A stretch of DNA of 64,000 nt from an uncultured Bacteroidales bacterium (GCA_946403855.1 CAMJBH010000002.1:27063-91062); one strand, 5' to 3'; numbered from the stretch's first letter, positions 45,479-56,267 are shown. Notes: generated from the letters alone by a model not told the origin. Numbers and translations are program-made.

Positions 45479-48134
45479 GCTTTTCGGTTGAAAAGTAGAA
45501 GGGCCAGAATATGCCCAGTTTGAGACCGTCGGTACCGTCGAGCGTGGTGATGTAGTGGTCGGCGGTGAAGTAATCTTTACGCCTCATCGGCCATCCGCGT
45601 CCGAAGTTCTGATACTTGATGAATATGCAGCAGCGCTTCCACTGCACATTGACGAAGATATCGAAATAGGGGCCGTTCTCGTAGAGATTGACGTTCTGGT
45701 TGTGGAATACGCCTATGGCGGGATTCCATGCGGGAGAGTACCACTGGGAATTGTAGAAGGCGTTGACGCCTACCTGCATTTCCATGATATTGTGGGTCTT
45801 GGTTTCGTCCCTCTGAACCACGAACTGGGCGTACCATCTGAGGTTGAGGGCTACCGACGGCACCGGCACGATGTCGGGCATCGAAGAGTACTGCAGGAGC
45901 ACCCGGTTGTCGAAATGCACGGGGCCGGCCACGAACTCCTTGCGAAGCGAAGCGGAAATGACGCTCATGGGAGTCGTATTCTGCCTGGCTATTCCAAGGG
46001 TGTCGTAGTAAACATTGTTGACCAGCAGGGAATAACCGACGTCTGCGCTCAACCTCCAGCGGGGGACGGAAATGTTGCCGCGTATCTGCGTGGTGGATAT
46101 CTTGCTGAAGTCGTTTTCCCAGCTGAAATGGTTGGTCTGAAGCATCCTCTGGTAGTAATCCGGAGTCTGAAGCTTGGTCTCGAAATGGGCGCCGACCGAC
46201 ACCGGGCTCTTGCGGGCCCGCCGGAACGGGTAGAAATTGAAGCCTGCATTGGCCTCTATCTTTGTGTCGCCCACATTGTATCCGAGCACGGTGAAGTTGG
46301 CTTTGGCGTTCCAGTTCAGATAGTTACGCCACTGGCCTTCAGCGCCGGCATAGGCATAGACTGAGTTTTCCACGTGTGTCGTGGGACGGAGCGAGGTGCT
46401 GTCGAAATAGTGCATCAGGCGGTCTCCTATGCCGAGGTCGAGCTTGGACACCAGACTCTCGCTGCCCCATGGCTGGAGCCTGAGGAACAGCTTGTTGTCC
46501 AGCTTCATGGTGCGCAGGGAATCGGCGCTTGCCGATCCGTAGTTGAACACGTTGTGGTAAAAATTGCGTCCTGTGTCTGAGGATATGTTGTCGGTGTATT
46601 TGCGTGTGTAGGTGGACCACTCGGAACTGTGCCCTATGAACGCGGTGGTAATGTCGCGCCTAAGGGTGTCGGGGCTGGCATCCACGAGGGTGTCCTTCAG
46701 GGCGGTAGTGTCCCGGTTGGCCTTGAGCTTGTCGATAAAGTCGAAGGGGATACGGTACTGTTGGTCGAGGTACCAAGTGTTCTTGGTGATCTTGGATGCA
46801 GAGCCGCTGATGGCGACCTTTATTTCCCTGGCTTCAACGGTGGTGTCCCTTATCCAGAAGTTATCGACGATACCTCCGTTCTCTTGCCTGTCCACCATGT
46901 TGTAGATGTATCCGAAGTGAGCCATGTATTTCTTGCCTAGATAGTTAAGTCGCGGCGAGAAGGTCTTGTTGGTCACTTTTTCGGCTTCCAGCATACCGCC
47001 TCCGCCGAAGCGGTCGTAGCTTATCGTGAGGTTGAGCTCCGGCAGTATGTTCTGGGTGGTCATGATGTGCAGGTTGTCAGACTCCTTGGCGTCACCGGCC
47101 AGGAGGGTACCGAAGTACGCCAGCTCGGTGTGCGGCGTCTTGGTGTTGTAGTTGGGGATGGTACGCGGCGAGTAAGACCAAGATTCCTGAGCCTTGTAGA
47201 ACTCTACGCCTTCTTCGCTTTCGCGGTTCAGGAAATTATAGTACTGAAGAGGAGAGCCGGGCACGCCCAACCACGTGGCGTTGACATCTTTACGCAGGAA
47301 CGGGTAGTCGTTGAAATGGTAGTTGTAACTGGAGTCTGGTATCCTTACGTCCATCCGCTGGAAATCCTGGTCCACGGTCCATTCGATAATGCGTTTGTAC
47401 TGCATCGAATCGGGAACCGCAAAGGTGGAGAGGATGCGGGGGGTGTACTCTGTTATGGAGTCTTTGATAGCCTGTTTCTCTTCCTTGAGCTGGCGCAGCG
47501 AATCCATCTTGGCCAGCTTGGCGGGGATGGATTGCTCTATGTCGTACTTCCTGCGCTCCTTCCGGCTCAAAGAATTGTACCACTTGAGGAAAGCCGCCTT
47601 GGCCCTGGCCGTGGAGTCGGACACGTAGATCGAGTCGAGCATGCGCCAGTCCAGCGAATCGGCGAGCGCATGGGAACGTAGATTCGCAGCATAATCGTGC
47701 AGATTCATCTCGACCAGAGAGTCCGCCCTTGCCTTGAGGGAGTCGGACGAGTGGCGCAGAGAGTCTCTTACGATGACATGTGTGAGCGAGTCCAGCAACG
47801 CCACGTAGTACTTGTAGCGGAATGGATCGATAAGACGCAGTGAGTCAGGGATTTTGATAGTGTCGCGGGCCGTAAGCCTGGGCAATGTGTCCAATTCGGC
47901 CATGGTGCTGTCCGCGTCGTCGGCAACCAGCAGGCTGTCGGGCAGCTTGATGTCTTCAAGATTGCCTATGCGCCCCAGTTTGTAGGCATCGGCAGTATAT
48001 ATTACCGTGTCTTTGGTGGCAAGCGGATCGGGGAAATAGCGGTATTCTACCGGACCGCCGCCAAGCGACAGAGATCCAGCGATGGTGGTAGCTACCACCG
48101 CCGCAGGAAACCATATCCGGGAAAATACCTTCAT
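45456..48134 (-). CDS. Putative porin (Bacteroidetes outer-membrane beta-barrel)
   Basis: LGVPGSP, YNTKTPHT, QENGG, YSPAWNPAIGVF motifs; amphipathic strands; C-terminal KLGIFWPFY. Confidence 0.75.
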   Translation of the reverse strand: MKVFSRIWFPAAVVATTIAGSLSLGGGPVEYRYFPDPLATKDTVIYTADAYKLGRIGNLEDIKLPDSLLVADDADSTMAELDTLPRLTARDTIKIPDSLRLIDPFRYKYYVALLDSLTHVIVRDSLRHSSDSLKARADSLVEMNLHDYAANLRSHALADSLDWRMLDSIYVSDSTARAKAAFLKWYNSLSRKERRKYDIEQSIPAKLAKMDSLRQLKEEKQAIKDSITEYTPRILSTFAVPDSMQYKRIIEWTVDQDFQRMDVRIPDSSYNYHFNDYPFLRKDVNATWLGVPGSPLQYYNFLNRESEEGVEFYKAQESWSYSPRTIPNYNTKTPHTELAYFGTLLAGDAKESDNLHIMTTQNILPELNLTISYDRFGGGGMLEAEKVTNKTFSPRLNYLGKKYMAHFGYIYNMVDRQENGGIVDNFWIRDTTVEAREIKVAISGSASKITKNTWYLDQQYRIPFDFIDKLKANRDTTALKDTLVDASPDTLRRDITTAFIGHSSEWSTYTRKYTDNISSDTGRNFYHNVFNYGSASADSLRTMKLDNKLFLRLQPWGSESLVSKLDLGIGDRLMHYFDSTSLRPTTHVENSVYAYAGAEGQWRNYLNWNAKANFTVLGYNVGDTKIEANAGFNFYPFRRARKSPVSVGAHFETKLQTPDYYQRMLQTNHFSWENDFSKISTTQIRGNISVPRWRLSADVGYSLLVNNVYYDTLGIARQNTTPMSVISASLRKEFVAGPVHFDNRVLLQYSSMPDIVPVPSVALNLRWYAQFVVQRDETKTHNIMEMQVGVNAFYNSQWYSPAWNPAIGVFHNQNVNLYENGPYFDIFVNVQWKRCCIFIKYQNFGRGWPMRRKDYFTADHYITTLDGTDGLKLGIFWPFYFSTEKHESHGAH

Positions 48135-48137
48135 CGC

Positions 48138-48839
48138 TTATTCAAATATTTCGGTGCCACTGTCGGTGACAAGTGCATTTTTCTTGGCCTTGAGCATCGC
48201 TTTCAGCTCTTCGTCGTTGCGGATGAATTCGCCGCCCTGGGCGAGCAACGCCTCCAGTTCGGCTGTGTCCAGGTCGTTGAACAGCACCGTAAGAGCCTGT
48301 TTGCCAAGCACATTGTCGGTATTTGCCAGATAGGTTTCTCGGCTGAGTTCGTCGATCTTTCTGGTCTGGGCCTGAAATATGGAATCGGCCTTGTCGATCT
48401 GGCCGTTCAGGCTCAGCGAGCCTATATCGGTCTCGTGCTCGTAGAATAGATTCATCACCGACTCCCTGTAATTTAGGATGGCGTCGGTCAGGGGGCTGCC
48501 GGTCACTGTGGCCGGATAGTCGAGGTCTATGCTTATGCGCTCTGCGTCGGGGACGAATGATACCAGGTAGCGGTCGTCGTATTTATCTCTGTCGGGGAAG
48601 CGCAGCATGGCTACAAGCTGCTTGGTCTTATCTATGTCACCTTTGAACGTGAACGCACCCTTGACCACGACTGTGGAATCGATGGGGCCGTCGGCACCTA
48701 TCAGGTACACCATACTCCCCGGCAGGGTGGCGAGAGTGTCGGTGATATTTCCGCTGACGGTAAATCGGGTGGGCTCCCGGTCGCAGGAGGCCAGCAGGCA
48801 TAGAAGCAGGCCTACAGCTATAGCTGATTTAAGCTTCAT
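48138..48839 (-). CDS. DUF4369-like lipoprotein
   Basis: Lipobox LASC, FTVSGNI..VYL..DSTVVVKGAFTFKG, GSPLTD. Confidence 0.75.
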   Translation of the reverse strand: MKLKSAIAVGLLLCLLASCDREPTRFTVSGNITDTLATLPGSMVYLIGADGPIDSTVVVKGAFTFKGDIDKTKQLVAMLRFPDRDKYDDRYLVSFVPDAERISIDLDYPATVTGSPLTDAILNYRESVMNLFYEHETDIGSLSLNGQIDKADSIFQAQTRKIDELSRETYLANTDNVLGKQALTVLFNDLDTAELEALLAQGGEFIRNDEELKAMLKAKKNALVTDSGTEIFE

Positions 48840-49725
48840 TGGAATCGAATATTGATGATACCTTGTCCATGTTGCCCTCCGGCGTGTTCAACTTTATCTT
48901 GCTGAAAGCAAGCACTGCCAGAGCGCTGACGATGACCATCGCTGCAACGACTATGCCATAGAGAGGGGACGGAATCACCTCAAACCACCCGTCGGCATCC
49001 TTAAGTGCATCGATATGTCCGCAGATGAGGGCGAAGGTGTTATTGGTGAAGTGCATAAGCATGGTGAGCTTAAGCGAGCCTGTGCGCCAGTACACATAGC
49101 CGAAGAGGCATCCCATGAGGAAGGCGGGTATGGCCTGCCAAGGGTTCATGTGTATGAGGGCGAAGAAGATAGCGGAGATGATAATTGCCCACACGGGCTT
49201 GATCTTGGCCTTGCAAAGCAGTCCGCGAAGCACGATTCCGCGGCAGAGCCACTCCTCGAAGAAGGGGGCGAAGATGCTGACGGCCAGGAAATTAAGGAAG
49301 AAGTTCCCGGTTGTCAGACCCTTCAAGGTTTCTTCAAGTGCTGCGGGCATTTCGGGGAGCAGCGATGTGATGGGCTCGGCCCAGAAACCGACCGCCAGGG
49401 TGCTTACGATTGCAAGCAGCACGCAGACAAGGGCCCCGAGGGGCGAGAAGTTGTTGCTGTCCAGTTTGCGGCCGCCGTTGTCCATGGACAGGGTGTTGCT
49501 TTTATTGGCGGCGTAGATCATGGGCGGAATGAACATGATGGGGTAACTGACCAGCTGACCGTACATGGTTCCGGCCTCCTGTCCCATTACGGCCATCAAG
49601 ATCATCATTGCAATCCCTCCCAGCAAGGCGCCGAGAAGGAGCAGCGCCAGCATGCCGAACATGCCGCCGACTCCCGGCAGGTACCAAGAATACTTTGAGA
49701 AGAATTTGTAATTACCGCGTCTCAT
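48829..49725 (-). CDS. CPBP (CAAX protease/Abi) intramembrane metalloprotease
   Basis: APFFEEWLCRG, FALIH, HFTNN motifs. Confidence 0.9.
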   Translation of the reverse strand: MRRGNYKFFSKYSWYLPGVGGMFGMLALLLLGALLGGIAMMILMAVMGQEAGTMYGQLVSYPIMFIPPMIYAANKSNTLSMDNGGRKLDSNNFSPLGALVCVLLAIVSTLAVGFWAEPITSLLPEMPAALEETLKGLTTGNFFLNFLAVSIFAPFFEEWLCRGIVLRGLLCKAKIKPVWAIIISAIFFALIHMNPWQAIPAFLMGCLFGYVYWRTGSLKLTMLMHFTNNTFALICGHIDALKDADGWFEVIPSPLYGIVVAAMVIVSALAVLAFSKIKLNTPEGNMDKVSSIFDSNEA

Positions 49726-49728
49726 GTT

Positions 49729-50658
49729 CTAATAAAGTGGGGATGGATAAATGCCTTTTTGGACCAGTTCTGCAAATTTGGCCACCACCGAGGGGCGGTC
49801 TTCCTTGAACGTGACACCGAACCAGCGGGAAGGGGTGGCGAGCACGTCGCAAGCGGCTGTGCCGGAGTGGATCATATTGTCCACCGCGAAGGGGATGTAG
49901 AACTCTTTCTTGAGCTCCATGCTGTTCTCTTCCAGGAAATGGACGAAGATTTCGGCGCTCTTTTTAAAATAGTCCGGGGTGAAGCACCACATGTTCATGG
50001 AACAGAGGTCCTTGGGCTTAAGTTCCACGTGCTGTCCGCTCACTGAATTGTCGCCTCTCAGCACTCCGTCGGGCTCTATCTGTACGTTGTGATGTTCTAC
50101 CACGGTAGTGAGGTGTCCCAGGCTGTCGTAGTGGCAGATGCCTCGGGAGACTCCGCCGGACTCGCTCAGCGTGTTGTCAATCTCGAAGCCCACGATGGCG
50201 TAGGTGCCCTCGCCGCCTTTGTGCTTATGGCACCAGTCGGCAGCTATGCGGAATGATTCACGTCCGTAGAAGTCGTCGCCGTTGATCACCACGAAGGGCT
50301 CCTTGATGATGTCTGCCGCCATAAGTACGGCGTGGGCGGTGCCCCATGGCTTCTGGCGCTCGGGATTGAGCGTGAACTGGGCGGGGATCTTGTCCAGCTC
50401 CTGGGTTACGAATTCGAACTGCAGGGGAGTGCCGTCGGCGCATTTGACGTGGCTGTATTTTTGGGCCACGGTCTCTTTGAACTGCTCCAGGAAGTAAGTT
50501 CTCACAATGTAAACCACCTTCCCGAAGCCGGCGCGCACTGCGTCATAGATAGAATAGTCGATTATAGTCTCTCCGGAGGGACCAAGTCCGTCCATTTGTT
50601 TGAGTCCGCCATATCTGCTGCCCATACCTGCAGCAAGTACTAAAAGAGTAGGTTTCAT
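49729..50658 (-). CDS. Sugar-phosphate nucleotidyltransferase
   Basis: LAAGMGSRYGGLKQ, KPWGTAHA, INGDDFYG, SMNMW. Confidence 0.88.
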   Translation of the reverse strand: MKPTLLVLAAGMGSRYGGLKQMDGLGPSGETIIDYSIYDAVRAGFGKVVYIVRTYFLEQFKETVAQKYSHVKCADGTPLQFEFVTQELDKIPAQFTLNPERQKPWGTAHAVLMAADIIKEPFVVINGDDFYGRESFRIAADWCHKHKGGEGTYAIVGFEIDNTLSESGGVSRGICHYDSLGHLTTVVEHHNVQIEPDGVLRGDNSVSGQHVELKPKDLCSMNMWCFTPDYFKKSAEIFVHFLEENSMELKKEFYIPFAVDNMIHSGTAACDVLATPSRWFGVTFKEDRPSVVAKFAELVQKGIYPSPLY

Positions 50659-50680
50659 AAAAAAAAGTCTTAATAATCCG

Positions 50681-50698
50681 CAAATTTAACTATTTTTG
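50681..50698. promoter_or_regulatory. Back-to-back divergent -7 boxes
   Basis: TAAATTTG on - (50688-81) and TATTTTTG on + (50691-98). Confidence 0.6.
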
Positions 50699-50703
50699 TG
50701 ATT

Positions 50704-51027
50704 ATGGGAAAATTTAAGGACATTTGGGACAAATCGAAAGACGGCAGCCGTGCCGGACAGCGTTCGTTCATACGTTTTGCGATTGTCATCACTGCCGTGT
50801 TCGTGCTGTTTCTGTTCATCAAGAAAGACAGTGTGGTGAGGTGGGTTCAGGCCGGATTTACCCTCCGGGCGCAGGAGAAGCGTATCGAGACCCTTAAGGA
50901 AGACAATCAAAGGCTGGACGAGCGCATTCACATGTTGTCCACTTCCCGTGATTCTTTGGAAAAATTCGCCCGCGAAGAGTTCGGTTTCGCCGAACCGGGG
51001 GACGACGTGTATTTGGAGGAAAAATAA
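50704..51027 (+). CDS. Septum formation initiator (FtsB/DivIC-like)
   Basis: TM helix, coiled coil, LEKFAREEFGFAEPGDDVY. Confidence 0.85.
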   Translation: MGKFKDIWDKSKDGSRAGQRSFIRFAIVITAVFVLFLFIKKDSVVRWVQAGFTLRAQEKRIETLKEDNQRLDERIHMLSTSRDSLEKFAREEFGFAEPGDDVYLEEK

Positions 51028-51701
51028 TGCTTGTAGTTATAGAAGGCCTTGACGGAGCTGGGAAATCCACTCAGGTCAGGCTCATGAAAGAGTATCTGTC
51101 CAAGGTATGCAATCGCCTGGAATACATCCACTTCCCACGCTATGACGCTCCCGTTTACGGAGACTTGATAGGCAAGTTCCTCCGGGGCGGCTTCGGGCCC
51201 ATGGACAAAGTGCATCCCCAGCTGGTGGCCCTGCTTTTCGCCGAAGACCGGCGGGACGCCGCACCGTCGATTCTGAAGGTACTGTCCGAGGGAGGCACCG
51301 TGTTGCTGGACAGGTACGTTTATTCCAACATCGCTTATCAATGCGCAAAGCTGCCCGGCGTCGAAGAGGCCGAGGAGCTGCGGGAATGGATTCTGAACAC
51401 CGAGTACGGCGTTTTCGGACTCCCTCGCCCGGACCTCAATATCTTCCTTGATGTGCCTATCGATTTCGTGGAGCAGAGCCTTTCACGTCAGAGAAACGGG
51501 GGAGACAGGACCTACCTGCACGGAGGGAATGACATTCATGAGGCCGACATTGAGTTCCAGAAGCGCGTGAGGGCCATGTACCAGAGGCAGGCATCTCTGG
51601 ACAAATCGTTCGTTATTGTGGATTGTGCCGCAGAAGACGGCTCCATGCTCCCTCCTGAACGTATATTTGCAAAACTTCGTGCCGTATATGAAGAGCGTTA
51701 A
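51027..51701 (+). CDS. tmk: Thymidylate kinase
   Basis: IEGLDGAGKSTQ, FPRY, LLDRYVYSNIAYQ, PDLNIFLD. Confidence 0.93.
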   Translation: MLVVIEGLDGAGKSTQVRLMKEYLSKVCNRLEYIHFPRYDAPVYGDLIGKFLRGGFGPMDKVHPQLVALLFAEDRRDAAPSILKVLSEGGTVLLDRYVYSNIAYQCAKLPGVEEAEELREWILNTEYGVFGLPRPDLNIFLDVPIDFVEQSLSRQRNGGDRTYLHGGNDIHEADIEFQKRVRAMYQRQASLDKSFVIVDCAAEDGSMLPPERIFAKLRAVYEER

Positions 51702-52713
51702 AAGGATATGCGCCGTGCTTTGCGGCATCGTGCTGTTGCTGGCCGGCCTTCTCAAGCTGATGGATCCGCTGGGTGCATCGCTGGTCGTCGGGGAGTATTA
51801 TAATTATCTTCATCTGGGCTTTCTCGCTCCCACTTCCAAAATAGTAGCGGCGGCCTTGGCATTGCTGGAGTCCGTGACCGGCATAGCGCTTATTACCGGG
51901 GTTAGGCCCAAGATAACCGCTATCGTGTCGGGCGTTTTGCTGGGGGCGTTTACCATACTGACGCTGGTGCTGTGGATAGACAATCCTAAGATGGACTGCG
52001 GATGCTTTGGAGAAGCTATACATCTTACTCATTTCCAGTCATTTATAAAGAACGTCGTGCTATGTGCCCTGTGGGCGGTCGCCTTCCTTCCTCTCAAAAA
52101 AGTCTGGGAGCCGGTGAGCGTCAAAAAGGTTTCGTTCTCCATCGCGCTGATCTCCGTCGTGGCTTTTCTGGTATATTCGTGGATGCACATTCCGGCCATG
52201 GACTTCACTCCTTTCAAGCCGGGTTCCATACTCATGCAGGCCCAGGAACAGCCGTCTCCTGATTCTCCGCTTCTCTCGATAAGCAGTGCCGACGGGGAAT
52301 ATCAAGACGAAATGCTTGCCACCGGCCGCCATCTGCTGCTTACCGCCTACGATCCGGAAAAGCTGTCAGATCAGGAACTTGACAAGCTGCGCGAATACGG
52401 CGGCACCTTGTCCGGCAGCGATGCCCTGCAGCCCGTTTATATAGCTGCCGGAGAGTTTCCGTCCATAGACGGTGCTTTTTCGGCGGACAGGCGCACATTG
52501 ATGACCGTCAACCGGTCCAATGGAGGCGCCACATTGCTGTCCGACGGTATGGTGATTGCAAAATGGCCCCTGCGCTCGCTTCCCGACCGGGAAAAGCTAG
52601 AGGCCCTGGCCGGACAGGACGGAGCCGCCGCAGTGTCACAAGAAAATACCCCGCGGCGTCTTAAGCTGCAGGGTTTCCTTCTGTATCTATTTGCGGTAAT
52701 TCTCTTATTGTAA
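51688..52713 (+). CDS. DoxX/MauE-like membrane protein (BT_3928-like)
   Basis: GLLKLMDPLG, DCGCFGEA, SFIKN, DFTPFKPG, RSNGG. Confidence 0.8.
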   Translation: MKSVKRICAVLCGIVLLLAGLLKLMDPLGASLVVGEYYNYLHLGFLAPTSKIVAAALALLESVTGIALITGVRPKITAIVSGVLLGAFTILTLVLWIDNPKMDCGCFGEAIHLTHFQSFIKNVVLCALWAVAFLPLKKVWEPVSVKKVSFSIALISVVAFLVYSWMHIPAMDFTPFKPGSILMQAQEQPSPDSPLLSISSADGEYQDEMLATGRHLLLTAYDPEKLSDQELDKLREYGGTLSGSDALQPVYIAAGEFPSIDGAFSADRRTLMTVNRSNGGATLLSDGMVIAKWPLRSLPDREKLEALAGQDGAAAVSQENTPRRLKLQGFLLYLFAVILLL

Positions 52714-54432
52714 GAACTTTACCTCGTAGGGGAGGCGCGCCACGATCTTGGGAGTCTTGAGCTCGCGGGCCAGTTTCACGCTGTAGTCTTCCTTGCTTCC
52801 GTTCAGGGATCCGAGCATGGTCTCCATGATGGTGGGAGGCGCGGGGTATCCTTTGACGTTCCAGTTGGCAAGCTCCGAATCGCCGGCCAGCACAGCTGCG
52901 TAGCGGACTGCGTCGTCGAGCGTGCCTATCTCATCTACAAGCCCTATTGCCAATGCATCGGTGCCGGTCCATACGCGTCCCTGACCTATTTCGTCCACCC
53001 TCTCTTTAGGCATGTTGCGGCCTTCGGAAACAATGGTGGTGAAGCGTTCGTAGATATCTTCGATGGAACGGAGCATATAGGCATATTCCGCCTGGTCGAG
53101 GGGCTTTGTGAGCGAGGTCATGGCTCCGTGCTTGCTCGACGAGATGGTCTCTACACCTACCTTGAGCACGTCGGAGGCCGTTTTGCTGAAGTCCGGAATC
53201 ATGGCGAACACGCCAATGGAACCGGTGAGCGTGAGGGGATCGGAGAATATCTTTTCGCAGTGGTTGGAAATCCAGTATCCGCCGGATGCCGCGTAGTCGC
53301 CGTACGATGCCACAAGGGGCTTCTCGGCCTGCAGACGGTCGAGCTCGGCTTTGATTTTCTCGGAGGCCAGAACGCTTCCGCCGGGGGAGTTGACCCTCAG
53401 CACCACAGCCTTGACGCTTTTGTCGTCGCGGACTTTGGAAATCACTGATGCGAAACGCTCGCCGGAGACATTCTCTTCCGCGCTGCCGTCCACAATCTCA
53501 CCGTCGGCATAGATGACGGCAATCTTCTGGCTTGCCTTGCTGGGAAGCACCTTCACCGTGGCGTAGTCGGCAAAGTTTATCATGGTCACGTCTTTGAATT
53601 TATCGGCAACTGCCAGCACGGCCAGCTGGTCTTCCAGTCCCTTGCGGTCCAGGAGGGCGTCTGCCAGAGAGCAATCGATAAAGTCCTGCGGCAGGCAGAG
53701 CTTGAGATTGTCTATGCAGTCGTTGAGCTGTTCCACGCTTATGCCCCGGCTCTCAGCTATTTCGGAAGCCATGGAACCCCACATTGAGTCGACCATCACC
53801 TGGTACTGCTCGCGGTTTTCGGGGCTGGGGCTGTTGCGGATGAACATCTCGCCGGCCGATTTGTATTTGCCGTGGCGGATGAGCTGTACATTCACGCCCA
53901 GTTTCTTCAGCAGGTCGCCGAGGAAGAACATCTGGCTGCTCACTCCGGTCAATACGGTGGTGGCCCCGGGGTGGGAGGTCATGTAGACTTTGTCTGCCAC
54001 GGAAGCGAGGTAGTATGAACCGGTGGAAGGGGCCTCAGTGTAGGCTACGACCGCTTTGCCGGAGTTCTTGCGGAAGTTCTGAAGAGCCTTTCGGAACTCA
54101 TACAGCATGGCGGTGCTGCTCATCGAGCCGTCGGTTTTGAGGTAGATATATTTAACCCCCGGGTCTTGGGCGGCAGCGTCGAGCGCGCGGGTAGCGTTCC
54201 ATATGCCGATGGTGACGGGACTCTGCCCGCCGCTCTGAATCATGGTCATGGGATCGGTTTCGCGGCTCTGCTCGGCCAGCACTATTTTGGACATGTCGAT
54301 TTTCAGAACGCCTTCAGCGGGCACGGCGGGGGCGCTTGGAGTTGCCAGGCCGGCCACGACCGCTATCACCAGGGCGTTGAGCAGAAGTATGCCGCAGATG
54401 ACTGCGAGCACCATTTTTAGAAAATTCTTCAT
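52705..54432 (-). CDS. sppA: Signal peptide peptidase SppA (67K type)
   Basis: YYLASVAD, HGKYKSAGE, LRVNSPGGS, AASGGYWIS, TGSIGVF, GQGRVWTG. Confidence 0.93.
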   Translation of the reverse strand: MKNFLKMVLAVICGILLLNALVIAVVAGLATPSAPAVPAEGVLKIDMSKIVLAEQSRETDPMTMIQSGGQSPVTIGIWNATRALDAAAQDPGVKYIYLKTDGSMSSTAMLYEFRKALQNFRKNSGKAVVAYTEAPSTGSYYLASVADKVYMTSHPGATTVLTGVSSQMFFLGDLLKKLGVNVQLIRHGKYKSAGEMFIRNSPSPENREQYQVMVDSMWGSMASEIAESRGISVEQLNDCIDNLKLCLPQDFIDCSLADALLDRKGLEDQLAVLAVADKFKDVTMINFADYATVKVLPSKASQKIAVIYADGEIVDGSAEENVSGERFASVISKVRDDKSVKAVVLRVNSPGGSVLASEKIKAELDRLQAEKPLVASYGDYAASGGYWISNHCEKIFSDPLTLTGSIGVFAMIPDFSKTASDVLKVGVETISSSKHGAMTSLTKPLDQAEYAYMLRSIEDIYERFTTIVSEGRNMPKERVDEIGQGRVWTGTDALAIGLVDEIGTLDDAVRYAAVLAGDSELANWNVKGYPAPPTIMETMLGSLNGSKEDYSVKLARELKTPKIVARLPYEVKFLQ

Positions 54433-54453
54433 CTTATACACTTATTTATTTTG

Positions 54454-54471
54454 CAAAAGTAAGTAAATTTG
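54454..54471. promoter_or_regulatory. Back-to-back divergent -7 boxes (sppA / hisS)
   Basis: TACTTTTG on - (54461-54) and TAAATTTG on + (54464-71). Confidence 0.6.
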
Positions 54472-54478
54472 CGCAATT

Positions 54479-55831
54479 ATGTCACAAAAACCTTCCATCC
54501 CCAAGGGGACCCGCGATTTCGGCCAGCAGCAGATGGCAGGCCGGAATTTTATTTTCGACACGGTGCGTTCCGTCTTCAAGTCTTTTGGATATGCCCAGAT
54601 AGAGACTCCTGCCATGGAGAATCTCAGCACCCTTCTGGGTAAGTACGGAGAAGAGGGCGATAAGTTGTTGTACAGGATATTGAACTCCGGCGATGCGTTT
54701 GCCGGCGTGGATTTCGACAGCCCGCTTGCCCCTCAAGTGTGCGAAAAGGGTCTGCGTTACGACCTCACGGTGCCGTTTGCGCGTTACGTTGTACAGCACC
54801 AGAACGAAATATCTTTCCCTTACAAACGTTTCCAGATTCAGCCTGTATGGCGCGCCGACAGGCCGCAGAAGGGCCGCTACCGCGAGTTTTATCAGTGCGA
54901 CGTGGACGCTATCGGGTCTCGTTCGCAGCTTTGCGAGCTCGAGCTGGTGCAGATAGTGGAGAAAGTTTTTTCTCTTCTGGATGTGCGGGTATGCATGAAA
55001 ATCAACAACCGCAAGGTCCTCACCGGCCTTGCGCAGATGTGCGGCTTCCCGGACAAGGTCGTGGACATCACGGTGGCCATAGACAAACTCGACAAAATCG
55101 GCCTTGAGGCGGTTGAGGCCGAAATGATGGAAAAAGGCCTCTCTGCCGATGCCGTGGCTGCCCTGAGGCCGGTGTTGCTGCTGGAAGGCAGTTTCGAGGA
55201 GAAGATAGCCGCCATGCGCGGACTCATGGCCGCTTCGCCGGAAGGGCAGAAGGGTCTGGATGAACTGGAAGAATTGTTCGGGCTGATACGTGCGGCAGGC
55301 GTCAAGATGCCTTGCCAGATGGATCTCTCGCTGGCCCGCGGACTCAATTATTATACTGGAGCCATCTTCGAGGTGAAGGCTCTCGACTGGCAGATTGGTT
55401 CCATCTGCGGCGGCGGGCGCTACGACAACCTGACCGGCATCTTCGGCCTGCCCGACATGTCCGGCGTGGGTGTATCCTTCGGCGCCGACCGCATATACGA
55501 TGTGCTGGAAGGGCTGGGCAAGTTCCCGTCCACTCTCGTCGCCGGTGCGGACCTGCTGTTCGCCAACATGGGTGCCGGCGAGGTGGCGTACGTGCTGCCG
55601 GTTGCTTCCGCACTTCGTGATGCCGGCGTGTCGGTGGAGGTTTACCCCGACACTGGCAAACTCAAGAAGCAGTTCGACTACTGCAGCCGTAAATGCATAC
55701 CGTTCATCTCGATATGCGGTGCCGACGAGGCTGCCGCAGGCCTGGTGCAGATAAAGAACCTGGCCACCGGAGAGCAGCGCAATTTCGCCCTCAGCGACAC
55801 CCAGGGCATGATAGCCTTCCTGCAGGCCTGA
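54479..55831 (+). CDS. hisS: Histidine--tRNA ligase
   Basis: [54 protein letters not shown]. Confidence 0.96.
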   Translation: MSQKPSIPKGTRDFGQQQMAGRNFIFDTVRSVFKSFGYAQIETPAMENLSTLLGKYGEEGDKLLYRILNSGDAFAGVDFDSPLAPQVCEKGLRYDLTVPFARYVVQHQNEISFPYKRFQIQPVWRADRPQKGRYREFYQCDVDAIGSRSQLCELELVQIVEKVFSLLDVRVCMKINNRKVLTGLAQMCGFPDKVVDITVAIDKLDKIGLEAVEAEMMEKGLSADAVAALRPVLLLEGSFEEKIAAMRGLMAASPEGQKGLDELEELFGLIRAAGVKMPCQMDLSLARGLNYYTGAIFEVKALDWQIGSICGGGRYDNLTGIFGLPDMSGVGVSFGADRIYDVLEGLGKFPSTLVAGADLLFANMGAGEVAYVLPVASALRDAGVSVEVYPDTGKLKKQFDYCSRKCIPFISICGADEAAAGLVQIKNLATGEQRNFALSDTQGMIAFLQA

Positions 55832-55838
55832 AAGAATA

Positions 55839-55870
55839 TTTGGATAATTAAAAAATCCTTCCTATCTTTG
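55839..55870 (+). promoter_or_regulatory. Promoter of tRNA-Met
   Basis: TTTG at 55839-42, 20-nt spacer, TATCTTTG at 55863-70. Confidence 0.8.
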
Positions 55871-55880
55871 CAGTCTACAT

Positions 55881-55953
<73 letters not shown>

Positions 55954-55957
55954 CTAC

Positions 55958-55991
55958 ACAGGATAAATCGAAAGATTTGTCCTGTTTTTTT
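55958..55991 (+). terminator. Terminator after tRNA-Met
   Basis: ACAGGATAAATC-GAAA-GATTTGTCCTGT followed by a T run. Confidence 0.85.
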
Positions 55992-55995
55992 ATTT

Positions 55996-56199
55996 TATCT
56001 GTTTCGTAATCTGTTCCATTGTGCTCATCATTCTTTATCTTTGTACCTACAACAACATAGCGGAACAATGGCGAATGTAACTGGAAAACAAGAACGGATG
56101 GTCGTACATCTGGAAATCGACGGTCAGCATGGTTACTGCGGGAACCTTAAAGCCCTCTGTGACCACTGGGACAAAGATGCCCTTGGGGTCGGGTACGCC
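55996..56199 (+). repeat. ~200-bp direct repeat, copy 1 (promoter plus small-gene remnant)
   Basis: Aligns by eye with 63721-63918 apart from a few substitutions and two indels. Confidence 0.9.
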
Positions 56200-56214
56200 T
56201 ATCTCCGGGACTAG
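56068..56214 (+). pseudogene. Truncated small protein MANVTGKQERMVVHLEIDGQHGYCGNLKALCDHWDKDALGVGYAYLRD
   Basis: ORF behind TATCTTTG (56036-43). It lacks the 3' part still visible in copy 2. Confidence 0.6.
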
Positions 56215-56267
56215 AAGTGCATTTACATCGCAAAGAATAGCATAGCAGCCCCAACCTCGTTATTACT

